A stretch of DNA of 64,000 nucleotides from Intoshia linei (GCA_001642005.1 LWCA01000058.1:1527-65526); one strand, 5' to 3'; numbered from the stretch's first letter, positions 37,501 through 51,409 are shown. Made by a program: numbers and translations. Notes: a model not told the origin generated them from the sequence alone.

Positions 37501-40500
37501 TATTCATTTTTCAATTAAATGAAATTAATTTCAATTATTTCATATAAATCAATTAATTAAATAATAATTTTTGAACAAACATATAATTGATTATTTTTCA
37601 ATAATTTTTACCAATTAATTCCAATCCCTGGTTGTAGCCATTTATTTTGAAAGTAATTATCCTAAAATTTAAAAAGAAAAATTTTATTAATCTAAATTTA
37701 ATTTTATCAAAAAAAAAGACTAAAAAGTAAATTGTATTTTGACAGTGAAGGTTTGACTTTGTGATATTGAATTGTTTTAATTATGGAAAAAATATGTACT
37801 AAATGTGATTTTTTTGTACTAAGTGTGTGGACACCCCAATGTACATTCTTTTGTGTAAGTAAATGATAAAAATAGATAAATAAGCATTATATTTTTAATA
37901 ATTATAAGATGGTTATGATTTATGTATAGTCAGTATAAAATATTTCGTGGACGTCTAGAAAATTATACGGAACTCAGAGTCCGTGAATACCATTTTCAGA
38001 AACACTGTTATATACATGGTACAGTATAATTTCCGGTAAATCCTATGGTGCGACCCAGTTTGAGTCATTGACTTACATGGCGTAAATATAAAAGTTTCGT
38101 AGCTTCGCTCAAAATTCGAAATATTGGATTCTACTTGCCTTTTTTTTTATGATGGAAAATATTAATTGTGCAATGTAGTAAATTTAAATTTTAGGTACAC
38201 AATGAAAAGTAATGATGATATTACAAATATATATTTTCATAAAATGGTCATTATAAAAGATTATTTGTATGTTATTGGAGGAATAAAGTATGGAAATTTT
38301 AAAGAATCTGAAGAGTGTTATGAATTACATAACTACAAAATTTATACTAACAAAGGTACATTTAGATTAGTTATTAAATTTGAGAATACAAATGAGATTA
38401 AAAGTTAAATACAGTAAAATCTCGAAAAGTGAGCATTTGTGGCCAGGTGTTCACAAATTTCAACTAAGCTTTGAAATTACAACGTTATCATAGTTAAGAT
38501 ATTAATTATTCTAAGTAATTTACATTTAACAATAAAATGGATGAAATGCGTAGATTTCTGAAGTTGAAATTTTGTATTTATATCAAATGGAATAAGCTCT
38601 ATCAGAATAACCTTTTTTTAATAAGATAAGACGTGTAGTTATGTAAATAAAGCGTAACACACACACACACAAACAAATATTGCGTGGTATATTATATAAG
38701 TAAGGATATGATAAAATTTTGAAGAATGAGATTTTTTGGGTAGCTTTTGTTAACTTTACATTCTTAGTGGTAACCTTCTAGAAGTGAAGTTAATTTATAT
38801 TAGTATAGTTTTGTTATACCATCTAAAAAGTGGTCACTTTTCGAGCGTCTACTGTAACATGTTTTATTAAAATAAATGAAATGTAGATTGCGCATACTGG
38901 CAAATACAAGAAAGTATTACATCGATTTCATTGAATCGATTTGGTCATAGTTCATCAGTGTATAAGGGGTAATTATAGTTTTTTATTTTTAATTTGTAAT
39001 GAAAATTTATTTGTTTAGAAACATATACATCTTTGGAGGATATGATATTTACGCTACAAATAAATTAATAAAAATAACTTTGGGTTTTTTATTAATTAAA
39101 AATTACGAATATCGATTTAGATAAAAAAACTGATTCCAATTTTATAAACAAATTTTGTCTAAATTTACAATCGGTTAATTGTACAGAGTTAAAAAGTTGC
39201 GAGGTATGTGTAACTGCGGCCGAACAATGTGTATGGTGCAACAAAATGTGTCAGTTGGAATCTAAATGTAATTCAACAGAATCTACGCAAGAAACTATTT
39301 CATTTTCGGTAATATTTATCGCATCAAATTTAATGCACAGTCAAAATATATGTTACTAGGTTGACTGTTATGTACTACGTACAAACAGCACCTAGCTCTG
39401 CCGATGGCACATTTTTATTATACCAAAAAAATAAATTCACGTTGAAAATCTAACTTAAAAATCTTACTATTAACTATTCCAAAATTTGTTTCAGGTGGAA
39501 CTATATCATATCATAATCATATCACATTACATTTTACTTTAAAGTGAATTATTCCATCTTAATTTTTTGTTTCTTAATATTTACGTAAAGAATCTTAAAA
39601 ACAATTGTTATTCCATTTTTTAATTTATCTTTATATTATTTATCAATCCTACAGTATGATTTGTTGTTTTTTTCCCAATTGACAAATTTAAACGCTTTTT
39701 ATTGTTCATTAATAATGAATCATTATATAGGGTGGGCCGTAAGTCAACATTAAAAACAATTCTGATAATTATTTTAATTAAACGTTATTTTATTAAACCG
39801 AACTTAACACATGAACTAAGAAACACGTTGTACACGCTGGTAAAATCATGAATGCTCAAAATGCTTGCCATTTGCGTTGATGCACAATTCCAGTCGATGT
39901 TCAAAATTCCCATAAACTTTATCAAGTAAGTCGCTGTTTCCATCTATGTGATTGCACCCACGAATTATCTGCTGGTGAAGATGGTCGACATCTGAAATTC
40001 TTGTAGAGTAAACTATTTGTTTGAGGTGGCCCAAAAATAAAAATCTATTGGGGTCAAGTCAGGGGACCTTGGTGCCAATTCTACGGTGCCTCTTCGCCCA
40101 ATCCAATTTTCAAAGTTGCCATTCAGCCATTTTCGCACGATCGTCGCGTAATGAGACGGGGCGCCACCTTGCATAAACCAAAAGGGTTTTCCTTCACCGA
40201 TGCGCTCCATCTGTGGCATGAGATGATTTGGTATTATTTTCAAGTACCCATCGCCGGTCACTGTCAGGTTGAAAAAGAATGGATCCAAAACAAGGAAAAC
40301 TTCACCTAATTCTTTGGTGCGCAACTTATGGCCCACCCTGTTTAATATAAAAATAAAGCATAAATCATACTAATAAATTAAAGTTACAATAGATTACACC
40401 AGTGGTTCTCAACCCGTGTTCCGCGGAACCCAGGGGTTGCGGGAAATTTAATTGGGGTTCCGTGAAATATAAATTGAAAAGTTCCTAAATTAATAAAAAA

Positions 40501-43500
40501 AAATCATATTTTGATATGCTTTAATAATTAAGATAAATACGATCGGTCAACTTAGTTAAAATACTTTTTGTGTTTATTTTGAATTATCTTTTTTAAAAAT
40601 ATTTATTCTAAGCCAGTTTGTCTTATTTCCTATAATTTAATTCTGCATTTTAATATATGCAGTACTTATTTTGATAAAAAGAAGTCATAAATGGTTTAAT
40701 GTTGAGTGGTTCTTATCGTTACGTATTAACTAGGAAAGATCCAAATTATAATCTTAGTTGCATTGAAAGCAATTAAGCATAAGAAACGGGCAAAGCTGCT
40801 GTCGGTAGAAGAAGAACTTCGTGTATGTCTCTCAAAAACACGTGCAAGAATTAAAAATTTCGTTAAAAAATATCAGGCCCAAATTTCTCATTGAGAAGAA
40901 AAAATAAATTTATTTATTAAAAAATTTATGTTTTCAATATTAGAAGCGTAATTTTTTAATTAAAAATCAAATTGTTTTATATATGCAACATCGAAAAAAA
41001 TTTTTTGATTTTTTGAAATTTCATAAGGGTTCCGCACAGTAAAAAAGGTTGAGAAACACTGGATTACACGAAAATAGAATATTAATTTTATTTTGAAAAG
41101 TGTTCACCGTTCATAACCGTATTGTTCACTATAGTTTCATATAAAGTAGATTTTTTGTTTATCAAAATTAGTTTTAATGTTCGGTCTATGAAATGTATAC
41201 TATCCGACTCGGATTGTGAAATTTCAAATATCTAAATATTAATTCTGAATATTCTTAAGGAGGATGTATCCCATGTGTATACTACTAAATTTGAATGCAT
41301 CTATGGTTCTATGGATCTTTCTTATTGTGTTAATATACATAATTGCAATCTTTGTTATACTAGACGTGATTGTGTTTGGAATGATGAATCAATGATCTGT
41401 CAAAGCAAATCAAGTAATATTTAAAAATTAATTACCAATTATACCTAAAAGTGTACCTTTTCATTTTGACAAGTTTTTTCAATAGTCAACGTAACAACTG
41501 AAAGGTACATATCAAATTGAAATACATTCGTACATTGTACAAATGTATCAATGAAAAATAACATGATGGTTTTGTATGAAAGTTTGGAAACTAATGTTAA
41601 TAAAGATTTCAATGTTTTAGTCTAATATGTAAAATTTAGGGAGTTACATGAAGAGTATAATTGAAAAGGTTTATGGAAATAACTATTATGATAGATGTCA
41701 TACACCGTGTTCGTCATTTCAATTTGAAATACAATGTAATTCTTCTCCATATTGTCGATGGTGCCAAGATTTTCGTATATGTCTTGCAATTAATGGTATT
41801 GCAAGTGCTCTTCCATTCGGCCAATGTCCAGAAATACAAAAAGATAAATTAACATGCATGGGTAATATTATTGAATTGCAATATATAAGAGGTGCTCACT
41901 GGTCAATAGAACATTGAAATTTAGGTAAAACCGTGGAGAGGGGCTAGGTGCCATATGACCAGGACTTATAATCACGAGGTGTTTACTTTTTTAATATATT
42001 CATAGGTAATATTTGAAAATTTTTTAAGTACATAAATTATCTTGTATACCAAAGTTATTGTATAATAAAATATTCTATTAATAATCTTTTTTTTAAATTC
42101 TAGGACCATTACTTGTTTAATATTTTCTATTTTAATTTTAATAATTTCAAAAAAAAGTGGCGTATTGAGTAAACTGCTTTTTTTCACCGTGAAGGTGTAA
42201 CATTGCGATATTGAAATTTTTTGTGTATATTAACTTTAAAAAAATGAATTAGCTATGATTTGTTTATTAATTCAAGGACTTAGTTGTTTTTGCTTTTTTA
42301 AAATAATGGATCATTTGTGGTTTGGCTCTCAACATACAAGTTTTTGAGATTGAAATTCATTGTAATGCTCATGATTTTGAAGAGAAAAGTGACCAATAAT
42401 GTTTCTTTAATAATGTCAATGTTTGGGCCGTAGTGAATATATACCGAATTATTCGATGGGTGTTAACTGTCACCCTTAAATAATGCATAATGATGTAATA
42501 AATAAAAAATTAGGACTACAATGCAAACTAGCAAACAATTGCAGAGATTGTTTAAATATTGATTCGTGTTTATGGTGCACGGATAAATCTAATACTGGGC
42601 GCGGTAAATGTTTGATTGCTGCTTCAAACCATATTACAAATTTTTGTGTCAAGGAATTGAGCATGACCGACAAATGTCCGCGTTTGATTACTTTACATTT
42701 TAAATGATATTATAACACTTAAATTAGTTTGTCAATGTAATGGTCACAGTGCCTGTCATAATTCTACAAACATTTGTGCAAATTGTACAGGTTATACGAT
42801 AGGTAATAAAATTAATCATTTTTTATAATCAAAATATACATAAAATTAATGATAGGTTCAAACTGTCACGAATGCGTAAAATCGTATTATGGAAATCCTA
42901 CTAATGGCGGACTTTGTAAAAGTAATTAATAGTCATATTTATTTTATTTTTTTTGTTTTACTTTATTTACTTGTTTTACTACGTACAAACAACACCTAGC
43001 TCTGCCGAGGGCACATTTTTATTATACTTAAAAAATAAATTCACGTTGAAAATCTAACTTAAAAATCCACTATTTTATTTATATTTTAAAAGTTTGATAG
43101 TACAAGTAAAAGTTTGTAACTATTTTTTTTGTAAAAAAATTATCGAAAAGGATATAAAAATGTATATATGGTCAATGACCATTGGTCATAATAGACTTGA
43201 TAGTCATTCATCTATTTTTATTATGTTCTATGTATGTAATTATGTTGGTACAAATGTAGTATTTATAAGTATAGGTAATTATGTATTATGTAACCTTCAT
43301 TTAGAATGTGCTTGCGTGAACAATTCCCAAATGTGCGATAAACATTCTGGGCAATGTTACTGCTCTACTCGTGGTGAAATTGGAGCAAATTGCGATATGT
43401 AATTTATCTGATTAACAATTACAGTAGACACTCGAAAAGTTACCACCTACAAAAAGTTACCACTTTTTTAAATACTATAACAAAACGATACTAATGTAAA

Positions 43501-46500
43501 TTAATTTTACTGAAAAAAAGTGGTCATTTTTCAAGTTTAGTGTTGTGTAAAATAATTTTTTTATATGATAAACAAAAATTTTTTAAAATTTAGATGTGAT
43601 ATTTCCAGAAAGTACGTTAGAGACAACACAATAAAATCTTCGTGTTATTGTAAATTTAATATAATTATTATAATATTATCATCAACCCTGTATATTAAAA
43701 CTGTTATATGTAATTTAGATGAAGTGATTAGTGACTACAAGTATAGTTTTCACATCGGTCCAGACGACTACTTTATCACTCGAATCAACTTTAAAAATTA
43801 CCCTAAAATGGTAATTTCAATACATTTTATGAAATCAATTATTATGATATATTATAATTATGAAAACATTTGCATAATTAAATTCAATTTGAGATAAGTT
43901 TTATATCTTTTATATATCTTTTAGACTGAAAATGACGTTTCCGTAAAAGTCAAATGCACCATTGATGCTAAATTGAATGTTACATACGTTTCTGGTTATT
44001 ATTGAATAAATAGATAAGAAATATGATTCATCAGTTCATTAAAACCGGAAAGTTTTAAGAAAATTTTATAGGGCCTATTTTTCATTTTACGATGGAATTT
44101 TTTGTTTTTTTGCCTCCAGCTCGGTAGGTTCGTCTCTGATTAATTGCATTGTATCATAATAATACTTTATTACTAAATGTATTTGTTTAGGTTTTAAAAA
44201 AACTGAAGTTGTATCAAAAGCGAAATGTTCAAATTTTATTATCAAATTGAAAGCTTCAGATATTTTTACAGAATATGAAAATACTACATTTTATGTTCAT
44301 GTTTTTGATTTCAATGCTCCAATTAAAATAAGTGTAATTATCAATTTATAATAATTGATAAAATAATTTCGAAATAAAAAAAATGAATACTAAAGTGATT
44401 TTTTGGTTTATGTTAAAAACGGCACACTACAAAAATGGCACATACAAAACCGACACAACTTAAATAATTATAATTACATAATGAAAATACAATTGTAATA
44501 AGTTGATTTTTAATTAGTAAAAATTATTTAGCGGACCGGTAAAAATTTTTCTTGACTGGAGGATTTTCAATAATATTTCGAGCCTTACTAAGTTTACTAA
44601 CCCATTCTACTATTTTGATATTTTCAATAAACTTCCTTATAGTGGGATTTGATGCTCGATTAAATGAAAAATTTGTTATTCTATTATTCACACAAATTAT
44701 TCATTATAGGAAAATTATAGTCGGTACCATTAGTATTTTTAAGTACTTCGTACAATACATAAGTATGTAATTATAATTATTTAATGTGTGCCGTTTTTAA
44801 CCTAGTAATTTTATATAACTACTGATAACATCAAAACAAATTCACAAATATGGTGATGTATTTCTATCAAAATCACAATGGGGTAATTTCGTAAGACCTG
44901 GATTAACGAGCCCTCCTATTGTGCAATTATTTATCTATTATAATTTAGGTAACCTTTAATCAATTGCCAGGAGTGGATCTTATTCAATTTTTTACTACAT
45001 TCTTTGGGTAAGTTTCTATAAATATAAATTTAAATATATAGTCAGATTTGTACATAACATAAGTATAATAAATAAACAATGTAGTGAATTTTTTATTTTG
45101 TCTTAATGAAAAGTAAAATATTGGTAACATTATTAAGTATTTCATGTATATATATGGATAAACCAGATGCAGGGCCGAATCAACTGCACCGATACCCTAT
45201 TGAGGCTCATTTTTCCAAATTGGTTTATTAAAGAAATTATATTTTTCAATATCGTAACTTTTTTTTTTGTCAAATTTAAACTTCCACGTTCAGAGCAGAG
45301 AATAGATGAATTAGGGACATATGTTATGGGAAAAATTTTAGAGCCTACTTTTAGTTTTTGGTAGAGTATGATATGTTCGGCTCTGTCCGGATGAACATTG
45401 AAAAAATAAAAAAATATTAATAAATAAATAAATAATAAATAAATGAATAAGTATAAGATACATATTAGTATATATGTATAAATCTATTATTAACAACACT
45501 ATTATACAATTCTCTAACTCTTCATTAATTTAAAATATAAACTAAAAGTTTTTTGTATCAAATTTTACAATTTGTATTACAATTTACATTTTATTGCAAT
45601 TACATATTATTAATATTAATTAAATTTTTAATTTAAAAGTTTTTATCTGATGTTTCTATATTTTTAAATTCTCTATCTCGCCAACTTTTTCTAGCTCCCA
45701 ATAATGGCGAGTTATAGAGAGAATACTGTATATCAGGCATTCTCAACCCTTTTTCGCTGTGGACCCCAAAAGAATTAATAATAATGACAATTTTCAATGA
45801 ATCATTACATTTGGGTAAAACGCATGATGGTCAAAAGACATGGAGTACTCTATTTTTGCGAGGTGATAAACTTAATAAACTATTAATATTAACCTTTAAC
45901 CCGTCAATGTTCTCAAAATCGAACATGTTTTCCAGGTATTGTTTACAGTACATTATTAATTGTTTACTACATATTTTATCAGATCAATAAAAAGTCTATA
46001 TTATTTATCTTCCCTGTGAAGAATTAATATTTTATATCCCTTGGTTGATGCTTCATAGAATCATGAATATTGACTGATTTTTTGTCCCATTTTCAATTTG
46101 AAATTTAAAGCTTTTTTTTATGACTAGAAAGTTGGCTCGGTCATACATTTTAATAAAATAATTAAATAAAACGATGCTCTTAAAATAGAAGAATGGAGGT
46201 TTCCAATAAGTTTCTACACTTGTAAGTAATTTAATTTAATACCAAAGAATTTATTTTCACATGATTTTCACGTTTTATATTAGTATTTCTGAGCCTTTAT
46301 GTTTTAAAAACGATTTTATGTTACTGAAAATGTCTATAATATGTAATAAATGTATATAATTTTCATAGACCTCGTTGAGAATGGCTGCTGTATATTATTA
46401 ATTATAATGAATGATTAATATAATAAACATAAATAATATATTTTATATTAAGATGTGTCATATCCTTATTGTTATTTGCTTCAATTGCTTGGAAGATGAA

Positions 46501-47649
46501 AAAATTTTATGACGAATTTCATCTCAATAGGGTATTTATTAATAATTATTTATTTTCTATTAAATTTTTAATAAATGTATAAATTTTAAGCGAATGGTAA
46601 TTGAACTTACACAGATGGCTAGACGGCCATATGCTAAATGTCAAATTGATAAAAACATTGCTATACATAGCAAGGAATCGGTAAATTCTGACAAAGGAAG
46701 CAAATCATCCAAAAAAAAATATGTAATCTCATCAATACATTATGTATTTTTTCCAACCATCATTTAAATAATAGATTGAAGAAAGATCAATACTTGCTGT
46801 AGAACCTTCAGCTATAACAAACAAAGCCATATGCACGTCAATTATTCAACTACCTAATGGTGGAATCGAAAACAAAGACGATCAGCAGGCTATTTTGATT
46901 TTTGGATCCACTGTCGTTGGTAATATTTTTATAACATACATATTACATTACATGTTAGTAGTTATCAACCATAATTGTAAAGCGGTCTCGTATTCTTACA
47001 CTTAAATGGTTTTACCTCTAGTCGGTTTAAAATAAATTGTAGAAAAAATTAACAATGTTAATTAAACATTTATCAAAATTTTAAATGATCCTAGTCAATA
47101 CGCAATTCACTCTGATAGAAATCCCATGTTGACTTTAGGCTGATTTAATAGGGACTATGTATGTCAATTTTATTATATTTAGACATATATAACAATTATG
47201 TCTAAGATGTTATTAGACATTAAGATATATACAATGCATTCGTATTTTAAGATATAAAGTTAATTTGTATAATGATATGGTAAATTATGTAGAGTCATCT
47301 TATAACTTTCAGTATAGTCAGTGACTATTAGTCACCATTAGTTCAAAATTTCAATACAAATAAAAATTAAATGTAAAATAAAATACACTTTATAACGGAT
47401 GTTGTCAGATCTGCGTGTGTCAAATAAACTTCAAGGGCATCGTTCGAGTATTATTTTCATAATTGTTCGCATTATATAACGTTCATAAAACCAAACTTGT
47501 TAATTTTAATTCAATATAAATTCTGAATCAACTAATTGTAAACTTTAGATACAGAAAAAAAAGAAAAAAACAAATTTTTAAATTTAGTAACCAAATATAA
47601 ACATCCTCACAGAAAGTCTAGAATTGGAAATGATTCGGAAAGGACATAA
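34509..47649 (+). CDS. ATRN: Attractin / ATRNL1 orthologue: signal peptide, Kelch repeats, PSI repeats, two laminin-EGF domains, TM and cytoplasmic tail
   Basis: Kelch repeats RAGHSSVINNGFMYIYGG and GHTSHIIGSTLYILFGY, PSI Cys patterns, and YYGNPTNGGLC. TM DLIQFFTTFFGCVISLLLFASIAWKMK. Tail QMARRPYA..LAVEP..IIQLP. Stop at 47647-47649. Confidence 0.92.
34980..35476. mobile_element. hAT-like MITE in an attractin intron
   Basis: TIRs (T)AGAGCCGTTTAAG / CTTAAAACGGCTCTG. 8-bp TSD CTCACGAG / CTCATGAG. Confidence 0.75.
37065..37630. mobile_element. MITE with perfect 8-bp TSD (hAT or P superfamily)
   Basis: TIRs CAGGGATTGGAA(A/T)TAATTG. TSD GTTGTAGC on both sides. Subterminal CAATTA/TAATTG repeats. 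Confidence 0.85.
38412..38854. mobile_element. pogo/Tigger-like MITE containing a nested Helitron fragment (about 38545-38706)
   Basis: TA|CAGTAAAATCTCGAAAAGTGA ... TCACTTTTCGAGCGTCTACTG|TA. A related end occurs at about 43422. Confidence 0.75.
39728..40340 (-). mobile_element. Internally deleted mariner-like element of the DD41D/rosa (Visitor) type, transposase C-terminal relic
   Basis: TIRs (C/T)AGGGTGGGCC(A/G)TAAGT. Peptide FMQ(G)GAPSH..WIGRRG..APRSPDLTPIDFYFWGHLK..CINANGKHFE with one frameshift. Confidence 0.88.
40400..41062 (+). mobile_element. Buster/Charlie hAT deletion derivative
   Basis: TIRs CAGTGGTTCTCAACC / GGTTGAGAAACACTG and a perfect TSD GATTACAC. Internal VALKAIKHKKRAKLLSVEEELRVCLS..QAQISH* is a transposase C-terminus. 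The 3' end recurs at about 59165-59298. Confidence 0.9.
45170..45385. mobile_element. Small hAT-like MITE
   Basis: TIRs CAGGGCCGAA / TTCGGCTCTG. Degenerate TSD ACCAGATG / TCCGGATG. Confidence 0.55.
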
Positions 47650-48284
47650 TTGTGTATATAATATGTGTAGCATTGAATACATTTTAATTTTCTCAATTAT
47701 TTTTTAATTTATATACATGTATTGTGTTTGTTTTAAAATCCTATATTATAAAATATTTAAATATATATATAAATACATATAACATGTATAATCAATCTAC
47801 AATCTAAAAAGTAAAAAAAATAAAATTTAACCGAAAGATAATTTACACGATTGTAGTGCCTGACATCGTTGATGAAATTGTCAAATGAAAAATTAGAATT
47901 AATTAAATTCAATAAAAGTGTAAACAATCAAATACCCACTTTAAGTATCCGGCATAAGATGGATAATCCATTTGAATAGGTGTCCATTATTTGAGGTGAC
48001 AATACTGGAATGTGACACTTATCGAGGATAATTGAAATGAAATGGAGTAAACTAATAGGAATTAAATTCAATGAATCGATGAGACATTAATGTGAATTAT
48101 TGCTTATTTTAGTTTTTCCTTGGGCACAATACTTTTTGTTCTTGTATTATGATTAATGTTTAGGTTTATTTTATATTCAACTTTTTTTCATCGTTGGTCA
48201 AAATCAAAATGTTTGACATGTTACTCTAAAATATTTTGTAATATTATAATATTGAATATCAGGTTATAACTTATAAGCTTGTTC

Positions 48285-48500
48285 AAGGTCGTGGAGATAA
48301 GGCATAGGGGCCATTTGACCCGGACCTATAATCATGAGGGCCTACTTTTTTAATTTATTAATAGATAATGTTGGAAAATGTCTTAAGTATATCAAAAGTA
48401 TATTATAATAAAATGTTCTGTGCGATTTCCAACGGTTATTTTTAATTTTTAGATAATAAACCATCGATTAAGCAATGTAATTTTTAAGTCCTATTTTTGA
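48285..48500 (+). repeat. Interspersed repeat family (GTGGAGA..GGCC..TGACC.GGAC..ATCA.GAGG); unclassified, probably a TE end
   Basis: Similar sequence at about 41930-42110, 54615-54720 and, inverted, 60125-60335. Confidence 0.6.
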
Positions 48501-48726
48501 AAAATTTTTTTTCATGTAAATTAAAATGTAAACATCTATGATATGATTATAAAATCTTGTATTAAAAATACAATGTTTTATTATATCGAAAATTCATCTT
48601 TTCACTTTTAAAATGCTAATTTCATTAAATGAAATATTGATTTTTGGAACCCCAGTAAAAAATTTCACCGATTTTGACACTATACATGTAAATATGTTTG
48701 TATTGATATAAATCTATATTTTATAA

Positions 48727-48946
48727 CAGTGGGCACCAAACTACGGTCCGCGAACTACAAATATATTACAAAATACACCGGTGATAGCTTACAAATTATC
48801 ATATATCATCGACTTAGATATTAAATATATACTATCGACTTCTGATTTCTAGATCATGAGAAACTTATTAATTCCATTTTCCATCTGGCCCGCCGATTTA
48901 TTTTTAAGTTATTTCGGCCCCATGTCAAAAAGTTTGGTGGCCACCG
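48727..48946. mobile_element. hAT-type MITE
   Basis: TIRs CAGTGGGCACCAAACT / AGTTTGGTGGCCACCG. TSD TTTTATAA / TTTTATAG. Confidence 0.75.
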
Positions 48947-50006
48947 TTTTATAGATTTAATGAAAATGTACAATGCATAATAAATAAGTATTAAAACTAT
49001 TATAATTATAATGGTTACACAATAATACATTTTTTTTTTAATTTTTCAATTTATTTGTGAAACTATTAAATATTTATTATAAATCATGGCTGAGTTAATG
49101 TACATTGAAATATGTGTGTATTAATGATGAAACTATAACTAATAGTTTAAGTAATTTTTTCAGACTTTATTTCATTTTTTAATTTTTGAAAATTATTTTA
49201 ATTGCATTTTCATCTACTTTGTTGGCCAAAATTTACTTGTTAAAATAAGACAATGATTCAATATTGTATATGCCTTGTTTTCATTTCAATAGTATATTGG
49301 TTTTTTAATCAATTTTAAATGAAATGTGTAACATTTTAATCATCTGTCATTTATTATTATGAATTTCGTGTATTCCATGACGCGTATGTGAAATGGATCA
49401 ATTTATTCAATAAATTAGAATATTTTACCATATCAAGCCATATAACAGCAGTTGCGTGCAGTAAATTATTGTTTTATTGTAAAATATTGGTGTTTAATTA
49501 AAGTTATCCCGACAAATGACAAATACAAGTGCATTTGATAATCATTATAATTCAATGATGTGGAACACATTTTTAATCGAATATTTAGTGGTTTCAATTA
49601 TAGTCCGAAATAAAATGATAAAATGTATATATAAAATTGAACATCGAAATGTATCCTTTTTAAAGTTTTTTAGATTTTATGTAAGACGTATTCAATGTGG
49701 AATACGTAAGAAAAAGCGCGACGCGATTAATTGAGTTGTTCTTTTAGAAAATAATACAAAAAAATAGAAAATTTGTCATGGCTTGTACAATGAACATGGT
49801 ACTTTGTTCATTAAACATATAATATGCTGTTGATATAGTTTTGGTGGTACCTCCAATAGAATTATATATATTTATATACCAATGATGCCAACTGATACAT
49901 CTACGCATCTATATCTAGGCATCCTTAAATATAGATACGATTTTTTTTCTTAAAAGGGCCATTAATTTTTTACCTGAAAACCAATGTCACCAGTTATATA
50001 TAATAA

Positions 50007-51409
50007 CTAGCTTGGCAATTTTGTACTACGTAAAAACAGCACCTAGCTCTGCTGAGGGCACTGTTTTATTATACCAAAAAAATAAATTTACGTTGAAAAT
50101 CTAACTTAAAAATTCTACTATTAACTATTATCAATCCTTTGTTTTGTTAACATTTGCATAAAGAATTTAAAAACAATTGTTATCCCATTTATTTAATTTA
50201 TTAACAGAATGTGTGTATAATATTAAAAATAAAGTAAAAACAGTCCAATTCTAAAAATTGTCTTAAATCGCAAAAATTCCAAAAAAAATAAAATTATAAA
50301 AACATATTTTGTCATTTTCAATGTGATGACATATATTCAGTATCAATTTAATAAATACTTAAAAATACCAATTGTGTATAAATAATTAATTGAATCTTCA
50401 CTTTATAAATATTTCAGTCGAATTTTACCATTATTGGAAAGGATTGTAATATAAAAAAATGATTGATGTTAAAAATTTATCCATACTTTTCGCCTTTTTT
50501 CTTGTGAATGTTACTTTTCTTTTTACCATTTTAAGTTAAATTTGTAACAATTATCAATAAAAAAATCGCGTTTCAGTTAATATAAATTTAATTTAATAAA
50601 TTCGTTGCTGTAGTGTTAAAATTTGATGATTATAAAAAATGTTTAAAAAATGAAAATTCGAAATTTAAAAATTGCGTAGCAATGAAAAAAATTCCCAAGA
50701 AATGAATTATATAGATTTTCACCCATATGTTTTCATTGGAAATGTGTAGACGTACAATACACATTTTTTTTTTGAAGTTGTAGGATCAATATTTACATTT
50801 TCAATTTTTGATTTTAATCGAAATATTTGAAAAATATTGGTTGATAATATATTAAAAATTATTTTTCACCGGGAATGCGTAGATTTCTGGGGTTGAAATT
50901 TTGCATATATATCAACTGGAATAAGTTCTATCAGAATAATGCTTTTTTTAAATTTTCGGGCAGTTAATTATTTCATATTTTTTGTTTTAATAAAATATTT
51001 CGGAAAAAAATATATGAATACTAAAATGCTTTTTTTGACCGTGAAGTCGTCACTTACTCGGATTGAAATTTTTATGTGTGTTAAAATGATACAACTCTAC
51101 CACTTGTAAATTTTTTTAAATTCTAGGGCTGTTTTCAAAAAAAAAGGAAGGGAATTTGGAGTTTTTTGCCATCAAGATATAATGTTTTTAAATTCTGCAA
51201 CTCGTTTAATTTTTAAAAAAAAGGACAACAGGGGTTTTTGACCCTTAAGATGTGAAATTGGAAGGTTGAAATGTATCTTAATATACGTTCCGAAAAAAAC
51301 TGTAATTGGAATGTGGTTTTTAAAAAATTCTAAGACGCTAGTTATTTAAATAAAGCTGAACACACACACAGACAAACAAAAATCGCGTCGCATTTTATAT
51401 AAGTTAGGA
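50007..51409 (-). mobile_element. Probably full-length non-autonomous Helitron (about 1.4 kb)
   Basis: On the minus strand the 5' end is A|TCCTAACTT plus a GT microsatellite, and the 3' end has a GC-rich hairpin followed by CTAG|T. No TSD. The 3' module is repeated at about 39356 and 42977. Confidence 0.7.

Noticed and set aside
47830-48055. Possible minus-strand exon (LLHFISIILDKCHIPVLSPQ..)
   Set aside because: No recognisable homology or partner exons, so it cannot be supported.
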